Assembly: GCA_964544885.1 (NCBI GenBank)
Contig: CAZJDX010000004.1
Coordinates: 100,293 to 164,292, forward strand
Source of the DNA: an uncultured Flavobacteriales bacterium
GTDB lineage: Bacteria; Bacteroidota; Bacteroidia; AKYH767-A; 2013-40CM-41-45
DNA: 64,000 nucleotides
Direction: 5' to 3'
Shown here: positions 30,320 through 40,619 of the stretch, piece by piece
Numbering within the stretch: the stretch's first letter is position 1
Layout: the number at the start of each line of letters is the position of its first letter
Made by a program: the position numbers and the translations under genes
The notes under the pieces: generated by a model
Databases searched by the model: none
Told to the model about the DNA's origin: nothing
What the model saw: only the letters and a program-made list of their open reading frames with translations

Positions 30320-33220
30320 GTGTTTTCTTACGACGATTTAACCAAAACAACAATGAAAAAATTAGTATGCCTGATTCTGTCAGGCTTATTTGTAACCGGC
30401 ACTGTCTATCAGGTCATGTCCGTTGATCCTTCCCGTTCGGCCGGGACTTTCTCCGGGAAACAAGCTGCATCGGATGTGTATAACGGAGCCAGGATCAAAG
30501 CGGGACTACTGGTTATAAAGGTCAGTGCTCAGTACAGGCAGTTCTGTACACCAGACGAGATCCGGGAACCGCGGATAAAAGCTTCCTTACTGAAGATCGG
30601 GACTACCCGTGTTGAAAGGAAATTCCCGCTTGCAACCCCTCCTTCAGCTGAGCTGAACAGGCATGGGAAAGCCAGAACCGATCTCAGTCTGATGTACACG
30701 GTGCATTTTACATCTTCTGTATCCATGGATGAGGCAATTGCGACGCTCAGCTCGTCCGGCTTATTGGAATACGCGGAACCACTTTACATACATAATCTCA
30801 GTTATACTCCCACTGATCCGGAGCTCGGATCACAGTATTTCATCGGAAAGATCAACGCTTATACAGCCTGGGATGTAACGCAGGGTGATACAAATGTCGT
30901 AATCGGTATTGTTGACAGCGGCACCGACTGGGATCATCCGGATCTTGCCGGAAATATTAAATACAACTGGTCGGACCCGATTGACGGCATTGACAATGAC
31001 CTTGACGGTTTCACGGATAATTTCCGAGGCTGGGATGTGAGCGAAAATGATAATGATCCGATGAACGGAAGCAGTGACCATGGTTCACACGTTTCTGGAT
31101 GCGCCGCCGCTGTTACCGATAACGGTATTGGTGTCGCCAGTCCGGGTTTCAATTCAAAATTCCTTCCGGTTAAAAGTTCCCTGGATGCCAGTACAACATC
31201 GATTGACGATGGCTATGACGGAGTGGTTTATGCCGCCGAGCATGGCGCCGACATCATCAATTGTTCCTGGGGTCGTGGTGGCAGTCCGAGCCTGTTTGAA
31301 CAGGATATCATCAATTACGTAACGCTTGATCTCGACAGACTGGTTATCGGCGCCGCCGGAAATGACGGCGTTGAAGAGCTGCATTTCCCGAGCAGTTATA
31401 AATATGTTACCTCGGTTGCCTGGACCGGGATGACCGATGCAAAGAACGGCAGTTCCAATTATGGTTTCGGAATAGATGTGTGTGCGCCCGGTACATCGAT
31501 TTACAGTACGGTGCATAACAATTCATATGTTGCCTATAGTGGTACTTCCATGGCAGCTCCGGTAGCGGCCGGAGGAGCGGCGCTGATCAAGGCCCGCTTC
31601 CCTTCGATGAATGCGCTTCAGATCGGACAACAGCTTCGCGTGACCTGCGATAATATATACGGTACTTCAGGGAATACTGCCTATCAGTTCAAACTGGGTA
31701 AGGGAAGGATCAACCTGTTCAAAGCGGTGACAGATTCACTTTCTCCCGGCGTAATGGTGGATTCAATCAGTACCCGTGACAACAATGATCAGGTATTCGT
31801 TCCGGATGATACGCTGAGCATTCATGCCTTCTTTAAAAATTTTCTGAGACCTACATCGGGACTGACCTGCAATCTCACCAGTTCCTCTCCATACGTCAGC
31901 ATTGTTTCCGGCTCCTTCAGTCCGGGTGTGCTTGGCAGTCTGGATACGGTCAGCAATCACAGCGCGCTTTATAAAGTGCACGTTTCTCCCGGTGCGCCGG
32001 AGAATACCGAGGTTGTTTTCAGAATTACCATGACTGACGGAACCTGGTCTGATTTTTACGCGTTCCGGATCACGGTGAATGTGGATTATATAAATATTGC
32101 CATCAACGATGTAGCGACCAGTATCACCAGCAAAAGCGTGATCGGTTACAACGATGATTTGCAAAGTCAGGGATTTGGTTTCACTTACCTTGGCAGTCCT
32201 TCCATCCTCTATGAAATGGGCCTGATGATCGGAGCGCAGGGAACCCAGGTTTCCGATAATGTAAGGTCAACAGGCGGCGGAGCCGATGTTGACTTCTCTT
32301 CTGTGGTGAAGGTGCAGGGACAGGAACCCGGAAGCATTTCCGATTTCGACGCTTATGGAGTGTTTAGTGATGCCAATAGTCCTGCTCCCTTGAATCTGCT
32401 CGTAACGCACAAAGCCTATGCCTGGACCTCTGTACCGGACAGGAAATATGTCATGGTCGACTATTTCATTAAGAACACGGGAAGTGCAACGCTGAACTCA
32501 ATGTATGCGGGATTATGTGCCGACTGGGATATACCATCCTATGAGAATAACAAGGCATCGGTCGATAACAGCCGGCGCATGGGTTATGTGTGGAGTACCG
32601 ATGCGGGTGGCTTGTACGGCGCCATGAAATTGTTGTCAGCAGGTTCCTTTTCTCACTACGCGATTGACAATGTGCAGGGAGGCGGAGGCGCTGATCTCAG
32701 CGACGGCTTCAGTAATTCAGAAAAGTATCTTGTTCTCTCCACCAGTCGGTCTAATGCAGGAAACACAGCACCAACGGGAAACGACGTCATCAACGTGGTT
32801 TCCAGCGGGCCTCACAACCTTTCACCGGGTGATTCGGTGCGGGTAAGTTTTGCGCTCATTGCCGGAGAAGATCTTTCCATGATCCAGCAAAGCGCTGACG
32901 CGGCACAGGCTAAATACGACAGTCTCTTTACCGGCATCGAACAGATTGCCTTGTCCGGTGCTTTTGCGCTGGAACAGAATTTTCCCAATCCTGTGAGTGA
33001 TCTCACCAGAATTCATTTCACACTCAAAGAAAATGGATTCACGGAACTGTCTGTTTACAATGTATTGGGCAATAAGGTGAAGACTCTTGTAAACGAATTC
33101 CTTGGAGGGGGTAAATATTCGGTGGTCGCAGACCTTTCAGAACTTCCTTCCGGTGTTTACTTCTATACTCTCAGCTCAGGTACATCCCGCAAATCATTGC
33201 CTCTCACGATTATGGAATAA
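30320..33220 (+). CDS. Subtilisin-like serine peptidase (S8 family) with a T9SS C-terminal sorting domain. The track start is a GTG; the likely true start is the ATG at 30353 (MKKLVCLILSGLFVTGTVYQ signal peptide).
   Basis: Catalytic triad motifs are all present: Asp (GIVDSGTDWDHPDL), His (HGSHVSGCAAA) and Ser (GTSMAAPVAAGGAALIKA). The C-terminal ~80 aa (…FPNPVSD…VYNVLGNKV…LPSGVYFYTL…) is a type-A T9SS CTD. Confidence 0.9.
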   Translation: MFSYDDLTKTTMKKLVCLILSGLFVTGTVYQVMSVDPSRSAGTFSGKQAASDVYNGARIKAGLLVIKVSAQYRQFCTPDEIREPRIKASLLKIGTTRVERKFPLATPPSAELNRHGKARTDLSLMYTVHFTSSVSMDEAIATLSSSGLLEYAEPLYIHNLSYTPTDPELGSQYFIGKINAYTAWDVTQGDTNVVIGIVDSGTDWDHPDLAGNIKYNWSDPIDGIDNDLDGFTDNFRGWDVSENDNDPMNGSSDHGSHVSGCAAAVTDNGIGVASPGFNSKFLPVKSSLDASTTSIDDGYDGVVYAAEHGADIINCSWGRGGSPSLFEQDIINYVTLDLDRLVIGAAGNDGVEELHFPSSYKYVTSVAWTGMTDAKNGSSNYGFGIDVCAPGTSIYSTVHNNSYVAYSGTSMAAPVAAGGAALIKARFPSMNALQIGQQLRVTCDNIYGTSGNTAYQFKLGKGRINLFKAVTDSLSPGVMVDSISTRDNNDQVFVPDDTLSIHAFFKNFLRPTSGLTCNLTSSSPYVSIVSGSFSPGVLGSLDTVSNHSALYKVHVSPGAPENTEVVFRITMTDGTWSDFYAFRITVNVDYINIAINDVATSITSKSVIGYNDDLQSQGFGFTYLGSPSILYEMGLMIGAQGTQVSDNVRSTGGGADVDFSSVVKVQGQEPGSISDFDAYGVFSDANSPAPLNLLVTHKAYAWTSVPDRKYVMVDYFIKNTGSATLNSMYAGLCADWDIPSYENNKASVDNSRRMGYVWSTDAGGLYGAMKLLSAGSFSHYAIDNVQGGGGADLSDGFSNSEKYLVLSTSRSNAGNTAPTGNDVINVVSSGPHNLSPGDSVRVSFALIAGEDLSMIQQSADAAQAKYDSLFTGIEQIALSGAFALEQNFPNPVSDLTRIHFTLKENGFTELSVYNVLGNKVKTLVNEFLGGGKYSVVADLSELPSGVYFYTLSSGTSRKSLPLTIME

Positions 33221-33253
33221 TACCCCTGAGCACTGATTGTTGCCATCCTGAAA

Positions 33254-33279
33254 CCCGTGCATGTCACGGGTTTTTTTTT
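33254..33279 (+). terminator. Rho-independent terminator after the S8 peptidase gene (CCCGUG-CAUGU-CACGGG then U9)
   Basis: Read directly: cccgtgcatgtcacgggttttttttt, beginning about 30 nt after the stop codon. Confidence 0.6.
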
Positions 33280-33343
33280 ACCTGCCGGAGAATGAGACTA
33301 TAATCCCGTTTGCGGAATATTTTCTGTTTTTCGTTTTGTATCT

Positions 33344-33877
33344 TTGATGCTGATAAATAACAGAACTATGGAATTAAAAGATATTATTTCAGTTCCCGGA
33401 ATGAGCGGACTGTATAAAGTTGTGGGGAACAACAAGAATGGATTCATTGTCGAATCGGTGAGTGATAATAAGCGTACCATGATCAGTTCCAGCCAGCGTA
33501 TCATGACTCTGGTTGATATCGGAGTGTATACCGGTGACAAGGAAGTGCCATTGAATGAAGTATTTCTCAAAATACAGCAATCAGGGAAAGACCAGACAAT
33601 TGACACAAAAGGAGATTCAAAAAAGCTTCGCGAATTTTTCAGAGAGGTGCTTCCAAATTATGATGAGGGAAGGGTTTATGATTCCGATATTAAGAAAATA
33701 CTGAACTGGTATTTATTGCTCAACGGAAAAGTTGATTTCAGCAAGGTGGAAGAAGCGGATGAAAAATTGCATGCGCAGCAGGACCACGATAAGCACATCC
33801 CAAAGATACACGAAGCGCATGGGCCAAAGGAAAGCGCGGCTAAGGCAAGTACAGCCCGCACGCGTAAAAAGGTCTGA
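33344..33877 (+). CDS. Conserved hypothetical cytoplasmic protein (resembles the small Bacteroidota DUF5606-type family) with a Lys/His-rich C-terminal tail. The start may be the internal Met at 33368 (MELKDII…).
   Basis: ORF lies between an upstream terminator and the next gene on the same strand. No catalytic motifs; the family assignment is a recollection that cannot be verified here. Confidence 0.5.
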   Translation: MMLINNRTMELKDIISVPGMSGLYKVVGNNKNGFIVESVSDNKRTMISSSQRIMTLVDIGVYTGDKEVPLNEVFLKIQQSGKDQTIDTKGDSKKLREFFREVLPNYDEGRVYDSDIKKILNWYLLLNGKVDFSKVEEADEKLHAQQDHDKHIPKIHEAHGPKESAAKASTARTRKKV

Positions 33878-33913
33878 AATTATTTTCGTATTGAATCGCC
33901 AAATCCATTATTC

Positions 33914-35641
33914 ATGTCATATAGCGCTGATCCGGTAAGTGCTCCGGAAAAATTGAAACGGAATTATGTTGAGGAGTCATTGAACCTGGATGACTGGTCA
34001 AAGCTTGAACCGCTTTATAAGGATCTTGAGCAGAGAGTGCTGAATTCTCCTGATGATCTCCGGAAATGGCTGACCGACCTGAGTGAGCTGGAATCAGTTA
34101 TCTCGGAACATGCAGGATGGTTGTATATAAGAATGACATGCGATACGATGGATGCAGAGAAGAGCAAGGCTTATACACATTTCGTTGAGGAGATAAATCC
34201 GAAGATCGAGCCTTATAACGACCGCTTGAACAGAAAACTGCTTGCCTGTCCTCATGTGAAGAGTTTGCCGGCATCTTACCGCTTGTTCCTTAAACAGGTT
34301 GAGAATTCGATCCGGATTTTCAGAGAGGAAAACATTCCTCTGGAGGCTGAGATGACAGTCAAGGAGCAGAAGTATGGAGAGCTTTCAGGTGCCATGACCG
34401 TTGAGATGGGAGGGAAGGTACTCACCCTGCAGCAGGCATCTAATTTTCTCAGGGATCCTGACAGACGCGTACGTGAAGCGGTTTACGGAAAAGTCAGTGC
34501 AAGAAGATTACAGGACAGGGAAAACTTTGATTCGCTTTTCAATGAACTTGTGTCGCTTCGTGATCAGGTGGGAAGAAACGCGGGATTCCGGGATTACCGC
34601 GACTATATTTTCGTTGAGCTCGACCGTTTTGACTATACCTCCGATGACTGCCTCAGATTTCATGAATCCGTCCGTAAGGTAGTCGTGCCGGTGCTTGATG
34701 AAATGATGTCTTCGCGCCGGGCTGCGATGAAGCTGGAAATCCTGAAGCCCTGGGATACCGAAGTGGATGAACTGGGCAGGCCAGACCTCAAGCCTTTCAC
34801 TGACGGGAAGGAACTGATGGTCAAAACCATTTCATGCTTCAAGGCTATCCATCCTTATTTCGCGGAAGTTGCTTCGACGCTTCAGTCAATGAATTATACG
34901 GATCTCGACAGCCGTATCGGCAAAGCGCCTGGTGGGTATAATTATCCTCTCTATGAAAGTGGTGTGCCATTCATCTTCATGAATTCAAGCGGATCCCTGA
35001 GAGATGTGGTGACCATGGTTCACGAGGGTGGGCATGCGATCCACTCCATGCTCACACGGGACCTGGAGTTCATCGCGTTCAAGGAACTGCCTTCTGAAAT
35101 AGCCGAACTTGCCTCCATGAGTATGGAACTGATCTCGATGGAGCACTGGGAACATTTTTTCTCAGATCCCGAAGATCTCCGGAGGGCAAAGCGTGAGCAA
35201 CTCGAAGGTGTATTGGAAACACTTCCCTGGATCGCCTGCATTGATTCATTCCAGCATTGGTTGTATACACACCCAACGCATAGCATACAGGAAAGAACGG
35301 AAGCCTGGAAACAGATCTATCATTCCTTCAGTTCAGGCATCATAGACTGGTCAGGGAATCAGGCGGAACTGGAAACGCTTTGGCAAAAACAGTTGCATTT
35401 GTTTGAAGTGCCGTTTTATTACATTGAATATGGCATCGCGCAGTTGGGCGCCATAGCGGTATGGCGAAACTATAAGAAAGATCCGGAGACGGCCGTAAAA
35501 AGGTATATGGATGCCCTGAGTCTGGGTTATTCCAGATCCATTCCGGAGGTCTATGAAACCGCCGGAATACGCTTCGATTTTTCTGAAGAATACATCCGGG
35601 AACTGATTTCTTTCACGCGTGACGAACTCTCAAAAGTGTAA
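33914..35641 (+). CDS. pepF: M3-family oligoendopeptidase (PepF-like)
   Basis: 575 aa with the HExxH zinc-binding motif (VHEGGHAIHS), a downstream Glu, and overall M3B architecture. Confidence 0.88.
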   Translation: MSYSADPVSAPEKLKRNYVEESLNLDDWSKLEPLYKDLEQRVLNSPDDLRKWLTDLSELESVISEHAGWLYIRMTCDTMDAEKSKAYTHFVEEINPKIEPYNDRLNRKLLACPHVKSLPASYRLFLKQVENSIRIFREENIPLEAEMTVKEQKYGELSGAMTVEMGGKVLTLQQASNFLRDPDRRVREAVYGKVSARRLQDRENFDSLFNELVSLRDQVGRNAGFRDYRDYIFVELDRFDYTSDDCLRFHESVRKVVVPVLDEMMSSRRAAMKLEILKPWDTEVDELGRPDLKPFTDGKELMVKTISCFKAIHPYFAEVASTLQSMNYTDLDSRIGKAPGGYNYPLYESGVPFIFMNSSGSLRDVVTMVHEGGHAIHSMLTRDLEFIAFKELPSEIAELASMSMELISMEHWEHFFSDPEDLRRAKREQLEGVLETLPWIACIDSFQHWLYTHPTHSIQERTEAWKQIYHSFSSGIIDWSGNQAELETLWQKQLHLFEVPFYYIEYGIAQLGAIAVWRNYKKDPETAVKRYMDALSLGYSRSIPEVYETAGIRFDFSEEYIRELISFTRDELSKV

Positions 35642-35927
35642 GATTTTATCGTCTTTTTTTTACTCGTTTTGACGAATTCCTCAATTCCGGGTTTCCCATT
35701 GAGAATTAATGGTAAAGAACTTGCCTTAGACTTAAAATTTCGATGTGTCATTAATTTCCTGTGATGGAGAGTTCATTCCATTGCCTCAGGAATTGTTTTT
35801 CCGCTTCTCTGGGTGAAATTCCGGGACGGTTCAGGATGTAATGAAAAGCCCCATTTTTCAATCAATCAGGCGCATTTAACCCAAACCCGGAGCGCATGCT
35901 TAGCATATAAGGAATCGCACTAATTGT

Positions 35928-38900
35928 GTGCATACCTTGGCTAAAATTACAAATCAATCTCAGCGAAAAGTTTCGGATGAGGGCCGGAAGATCCTGTATA
36001 GGCTGCTGCTCTTCGCCGTAAGCATAATCTATGCCCTGGTATTTATTCTGGACTATCTGTTGCAATTACAGTTTACTTTTTTCCTGCTGCTCAGTCTCTT
36101 CGGATTTGTCATTCTCACTTTGCTTTACATGTGGTTCAGGGTTTCAGTTGTGGAACCTGTTGAAGCGACGGAAGCAGCAGAGGCTGAACCGGAAAGTTCC
36201 CCGGAAAAATTTCAGGATGCTCAGTTTCTCGTAAACATGCTCACCGGCCTTACCATTGATTGTACTGAGGCCGCCTGTTCATTGTTTGAAGCTGACAGCG
36301 TTTCAGAACTCAGCGGCATAGACCTGACAGGACTGATGGCGGTTAAATGGAGTGTGGATGAGAATACGCTGATCCGCAGACAACTTCAGCAAACCAATAA
36401 GGCAAGCGCGATAGGAACCTATGTAAGTCTGAAGGGAAGAGTTTTCAAAGGACTGATGCAGGCATCGCGCCTGAGCGGTACGGAAGAAAAAATCCTCGCC
36501 GTCAGGATAACGGACTTATCCAATCTGCCTGAAAGCATAACTTCTACGGCGCGTGCGGAAACAGAAGCCATTGAACGTGATCATACGTCCCGTCTGCTCT
36601 TCGAAGAAGGTATTATACCAATTGCCTTTGTGGGAATTAACTACAAGTTTGAGCAGGTGAACAAGGCTTTCTGTGATTTGCTGGGCTATTCAAAGGAAGA
36701 ACTGAAGCAGTTAACCGTGCTGGATATTGTGTTTCCGGATGACAAGGTTCAGGAACGGAAAAATCTGTCTCTGGTATTCAGTGGCGAAAGTCCGGTGAGT
36801 AAAAAGGAGAAAAGATTTGTACGTCGTAACGGAGATGTGATCTGGGTCAATACCTCTTCGACACTGGTGAGAAATGAGAGAAACCATCCCGGTTTTGTTT
36901 TGACGATGGCCGAAAATATCACCCGCCGTAAGCGGATCGAATACAGCACTCATGCAAAAAAGGATAAGCTCAGCAGTTTACTGGAGAATGCGGAATACTC
37001 CATTATATCGGTTGACAGACATTGCACTATCCTTCTGATCAATTCAAAGTTATGCGACATCTTGTTTTCACTTACGGGTATAGTTGTGGAAACGGGTTAC
37101 AATGTGATGGACGTATTGCCCGGTTCATTCCGGGAAGAGTTTGCTGAGCTGCATCGCCGCGCCTTCACCGGTGAGCATTTTGTGCATGAAAAGAAGATTG
37201 TGGTTTCCGGAAGCGCTGTTGATATTGAACTTGTATTTACCCCTGTTACGGATGAAAATGGCAAGGTGTTGAGTGTTTCCGTCTTTGGCCATAATATTAC
37301 GGAGCGCAAGAAATTGGAAGAAGAGCTTGTCAGACAGAAAACGGAAGCGGAATCTGCCACCGCAGCCAAGTCCGGCTTTCTTGCAACCATGAGTCATGAG
37401 ATCAGAACTCCGCTCAATGGCGTTATAGGAATGGGAAGATTACTGAGCGATACACAACTGACGCCAAAGCAACAGGATTATGTAGATTCGATGTTGCTGA
37501 GCGGTGAAGCTTTGCTTTCCGTGATCAATGATATCCTTGACTACTCCAAAATCGAATCAGCGAAGATGGAACTGGAGGAAAAGCCGTTCGCCGTCCGCAG
37601 ATGCATTGAGGAGACCTTTGACCTGCTTGCTGCCAGGGCAATTGAGAAAAAACTCTCGCTGCAATACAGTATAGCACGCGATGTGCCTACCTATATCATA
37701 GGAGATATTGTCCGACTGCGGCAGATTCTTATGAACCTGGTTGGCAATGCCATCAAATTCACACCGGCGGGAAAAATTACCGTCAGGGTAAACACAGTGA
37801 GTCGGGAAAACGAAAATTATGAACTCCTGTTCTCCGTGAAGGATACCGGTATCGGAATTCAGAAAGACAAGATTGGTAAGCTTTTCCAGAGCTATAGTCA
37901 GGCTGAAAAGAGTACGGCGGGCACTTATGGAGGTACTGGTCTTGGACTGATGATCTGTAAAAATCTGGTGAACCTGATGGAAGGAAAGATCTGGGTGGAA
38001 AGCGAGGCCGGAATGGGATCCGATTTCCTCTTTACTATCAAGACGAGGAAAGCTTCAAGTTCGGCGGTTCCCGAGCAGGTCCGCACCGGTTCGAACCGGC
38101 TGGTGAATTCTCATGTCTTGCTGATCGCTGATGATAAGTCCGAGGCAGACATCTATTATAATTATTTTAAAAGATGGAGCATGATCCCGCGGATTGAGTA
38201 TGGTATACAGGCAGGCCTGGATCTGATCCGTGAACATCCGGAATATAGCCTTGTTCTTATCGATGCCCAGATGACGAGCACAAAACCGCTGGAGATTGCC
38301 GGTCAGTTGCGTCGTCTTCGTCCCCAGGATGAGTTGCCGATCATTCTTTTCAACGCGGATAAGGGAAATGAAATTTTCTATGATTATACCGGAGATCTGG
38401 TGTCTGCTGTGATTCCGGGCAATGTGGACCGGTCAAAGGTGCTTGATATTCTGATCGGGGTATTCTCCGTTGAGGATCATCAACGAACACAGCATGAAGC
38501 CGGATTAAAAAGCATGACTTCAAGGCTGGCAGATGAGTATCCGCTTAGAATACTTATCGCGGAGGACAACATGATAAATCAAAAGCTGGTTCAGAATATT
38601 TTTGAAGGACTCGGTTACAAGCCGGAGATAGTATCCAATGGTCTTCAGGTAATTGAAAAGCTTAAGTCTGCCGATTTTGATCTTATTTTCATGGATATTC
38701 AGATGCCGGAAATGGATGGACTCGAAACGACACGCTTCATCATGCAGAAGATTGAAGCTTCCAGGAGGCCGGTGATTGTAGCCATGACCGCTTTTGCCCT
38801 TGAAGGTGATAAAGCAAAGTGCATAGAGGCTGGAATGAACGATTATATAAGCAAACCGTTCATGGTGGAGGAGATTGTCGAGAAAATAAAAAGGTGGTCC

Positions 38901-39323
38901 CAACCCCGAACAAATCCATCTTCAGGAAGTATAACAACACCAGACATGGAACTAATTCAGAAACAGGCAATGCTTGACGAAAAAGTGTTGAACCGGCTGC
39001 GTGACATGGCAGCCAGCGCCGACATGGATTTCTTCGGAGAGGTCATGCGGATGTTCATACAACAGGGACGCGAGATAATTGATGATGTGGAAAAATTATG
39101 TCTCAACCGGGAATGGGAAAAGATGAGCCAACAGGCTCATAAGCTCAAAGGTTCTTCCTTGAATATCGGTGCTAATATGCTGGCGGAAACCTGCCGGATG
39201 ATTGAGATAAAAGGTAAGGAATCTGAGTCTCAGGATTGTGTTTCCCTGACGAAGCGTCTTCGCACAGATTTCGAAGAAACGGTAAAGCGGATCCTGGAAG
39301 TGACCGGTCTGAAGGAAGATTGA
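35928..39323 (+). CDS. Hybrid sensor histidine kinase carrying a full phosphorelay in one polypeptide: N-terminal TM segments, PAS/PAC x2-3, HisKA, HATPase_c, a degenerate pseudo-receiver, a canonical REC, and a C-terminal Hpt domain
   Basis: H-box (ATMSHEIRTPLNGVIGM), N/G1/G2 boxes (LVGNAIKFT…, GGTGLGLMICKNL), REC (ILIAEDNMINQK…DLIFMDIQMPEMDG…K) and Hpt (…AHKLKGSSLNIGA). Confidence 0.9.
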   Translation: MHTLAKITNQSQRKVSDEGRKILYRLLLFAVSIIYALVFILDYLLQLQFTFFLLLSLFGFVILTLLYMWFRVSVVEPVEATEAAEAEPESSPEKFQDAQFLVNMLTGLTIDCTEAACSLFEADSVSELSGIDLTGLMAVKWSVDENTLIRRQLQQTNKASAIGTYVSLKGRVFKGLMQASRLSGTEEKILAVRITDLSNLPESITSTARAETEAIERDHTSRLLFEEGIIPIAFVGINYKFEQVNKAFCDLLGYSKEELKQLTVLDIVFPDDKVQERKNLSLVFSGESPVSKKEKRFVRRNGDVIWVNTSSTLVRNERNHPGFVLTMAENITRRKRIEYSTHAKKDKLSSLLENAEYSIISVDRHCTILLINSKLCDILFSLTGIVVETGYNVMDVLPGSFREEFAELHRRAFTGEHFVHEKKIVVSGSAVDIELVFTPVTDENGKVLSVSVFGHNITERKKLEEELVRQKTEAESATAAKSGFLATMSHEIRTPLNGVIGMGRLLSDTQLTPKQQDYVDSMLLSGEALLSVINDILDYSKIESAKMELEEKPFAVRRCIEETFDLLAARAIEKKLSLQYSIARDVPTYIIGDIVRLRQILMNLVGNAIKFTPAGKITVRVNTVSRENENYELLFSVKDTGIGIQKDKIGKLFQSYSQAEKSTAGTYGGTGLGLMICKNLVNLMEGKIWVESEAGMGSDFLFTIKTRKASSSAVPEQVRTGSNRLVNSHVLLIADDKSEADIYYNYFKRWSMIPRIEYGIQAGLDLIREHPEYSLVLIDAQMTSTKPLEIAGQLRRLRPQDELPIILFNADKGNEIFYDYTGDLVSAVIPGNVDRSKVLDILIGVFSVEDHQRTQHEAGLKSMTSRLADEYPLRILIAEDNMINQKLVQNIFEGLGYKPEIVSNGLQVIEKLKSADFDLIFMDIQMPEMDGLETTRFIMQKIEASRRPVIVAMTAFALEGDKAKCIEAGMNDYISKPFMVEEIVEKIKRWSQPRTNPSSGSITTPDMELIQKQAMLDEKVLNRLRDMAASADMDFFGEVMRMFIQQGREIIDDVEKLCLNREWEKMSQQAHKLKGSSLNIGANMLAETCRMIEIKGKESESQDCVSLTKRLRTDFEETVKRILEVTGLKED

Positions 39324-39352
39324 TTCTACCGGGGGCGTCAAACTGAGATTCC

Positions 39353-40369
39353 TTAAATCAGGTTGACTTCCATTTCCATCAGTACACCGAACTTTTCATT
39401 CACACTATCCTGTACTTTACGTGCATGTGTAAGCAATTCCTTTCCTTTTGCTCCTCCGTAATTAACAAGTACCAGAGCCTGTTTATGGTGCATCCCGACT
39501 CTCCCTTCGATCTTTCCTTTCCAGCCACATTGTTCAATTAACCAACCGGCTGCAAGTTTCATCTTGTGGTTGACGGTTTTATAAGCGACTATGTCAGGGT
39601 GCTTTTTCCGAAGTTCTTCAAAGACGGACTCATCGATCTCCGGATTCTTAAAAAAACTCCCTGCGTTTCCGAACTCTGCAGGATCCGGTAATTTGCTGCG
39701 GCGTATATTAATGACAGCCCGGCTCACATCTCTTATATCAGGCTTCGTAACACCCATCGCCATTAATTCCTGATTTATGGCACCATAACTCGTATTGAGT
39801 ACGGGATTTTTACTCAGCCTGAAACTTACCGAGGCGATCAGATACCTGTTCCTTGCCTCGTGCTTGAAGATACTGTCACGGTAGGCAAAGCCGCACTCAT
39901 CATGCAAAAATGTCCTCAGCCCGTCATCCTGCAGATCTACGGCTTCCAAAGAGTGAAAACTGTCTTTCATTTCCACGCCGTAGGCGCCGATATTCTGGAT
40001 AGGAGATGCCCCCACGCAGCCGGGTATGAGGGATAAATTCTCCAGTCCCCCCAGGCCATTATCAATACTGAACATCACCAGGTCATGCCAGACCTCGCCT
40101 GCTCCGGCTTCTACGATGGCATGGTCAGAATCTTCCCTGACAATTTTAATCCCTTTGATCACATTATGGATCACCAGACCGGGAAAATCTCCTGTCAGCA
40201 GAATATTGCTACCGCCTCCCAATACGAGCCTGGGTAACTGGCGGTACTCGGGCAGGAGCAGCAGAGAACGGACTTCCTCCGGATTATGTACTCTTGTATA
40301 AAAAGCAGTTTTGCATTCAACACCCAGGGTGTTCAGGTGGAGTAAGGAATAATTTCTGAGGATCTTCAT
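39353..40369 (-). CDS. murB: UDP-N-acetylenolpyruvoylglucosamine reductase
   Basis: 338 aa; FAD-binding PCMH domain (…LVLGGGSNILL…) plus the MurB C-terminal domain. Confidence 0.92.
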   Translation of the reverse strand: MKILRNYSLLHLNTLGVECKTAFYTRVHNPEEVRSLLLLPEYRQLPRLVLGGGSNILLTGDFPGLVIHNVIKGIKIVREDSDHAIVEAGAGEVWHDLVMFSIDNGLGGLENLSLIPGCVGASPIQNIGAYGVEMKDSFHSLEAVDLQDDGLRTFLHDECGFAYRDSIFKHEARNRYLIASVSFRLSKNPVLNTSYGAINQELMAMGVTKPDIRDVSRAVINIRRSKLPDPAEFGNAGSFFKNPEIDESVFEELRKKHPDIVAYKTVNHKMKLAAGWLIEQCGWKGKIEGRVGMHHKQALVLVNYGGAKGKELLTHARKVQDSVNEKFGVLMEMEVNLI

Positions 40370-40588
40370 ATAATCGGAAAAGTGAAATTACATGCTCAGA
40401 ACTATCAAAATTTATCTCCGGATCTTTCTTTTAAACCGAATTACTCACAAGGTAAAATCATCATTTCACCAAGCAGGTACCGGTATGGACTGAATAGATT
40501 TGAAGGGCGGTGTGAGAGGCTTTATTTTGCAGGCTCATGGTTTAGTTTTTGGTTAAACAACCTGGATGTGCCTTGGGTTAAGCACAGG

Positions 40589-40618
40589 CAGCGGTCTCCG
40601 GACCGCTGTTTTTTTTTT
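40589..40618 (+). terminator. Strong + strand intrinsic terminator (8-bp stem CAGCGGUC/GACCGCUG, UCCG loop, U10 tail) with no protein-coding gene upstream of it on the + strand. An orphan terminator, possibly the 3' end of an sRNA.
   Basis: Read directly: cagcggtctccggaccgctgtttttttttt. The U-run lies only on the + strand side. The flanking genes murB and the OMP gene are both on the minus strand. Confidence 0.5.
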
Positions 40619-40619
40619 C

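Noticed and set aside
38080-38100. tRNA-like T-arm motif (ccGGTTCGAAccgg) inside the hybrid kinase gene
   Set aside because: It is isolated, and no acceptor, D or anticodon arms are found around it; it lies in-frame within a well-supported CDS. No tRNA, rRNA or tmRNA candidates were found elsewhere by eye, but a tRNAscan/Infernal run would be needed to be sure.
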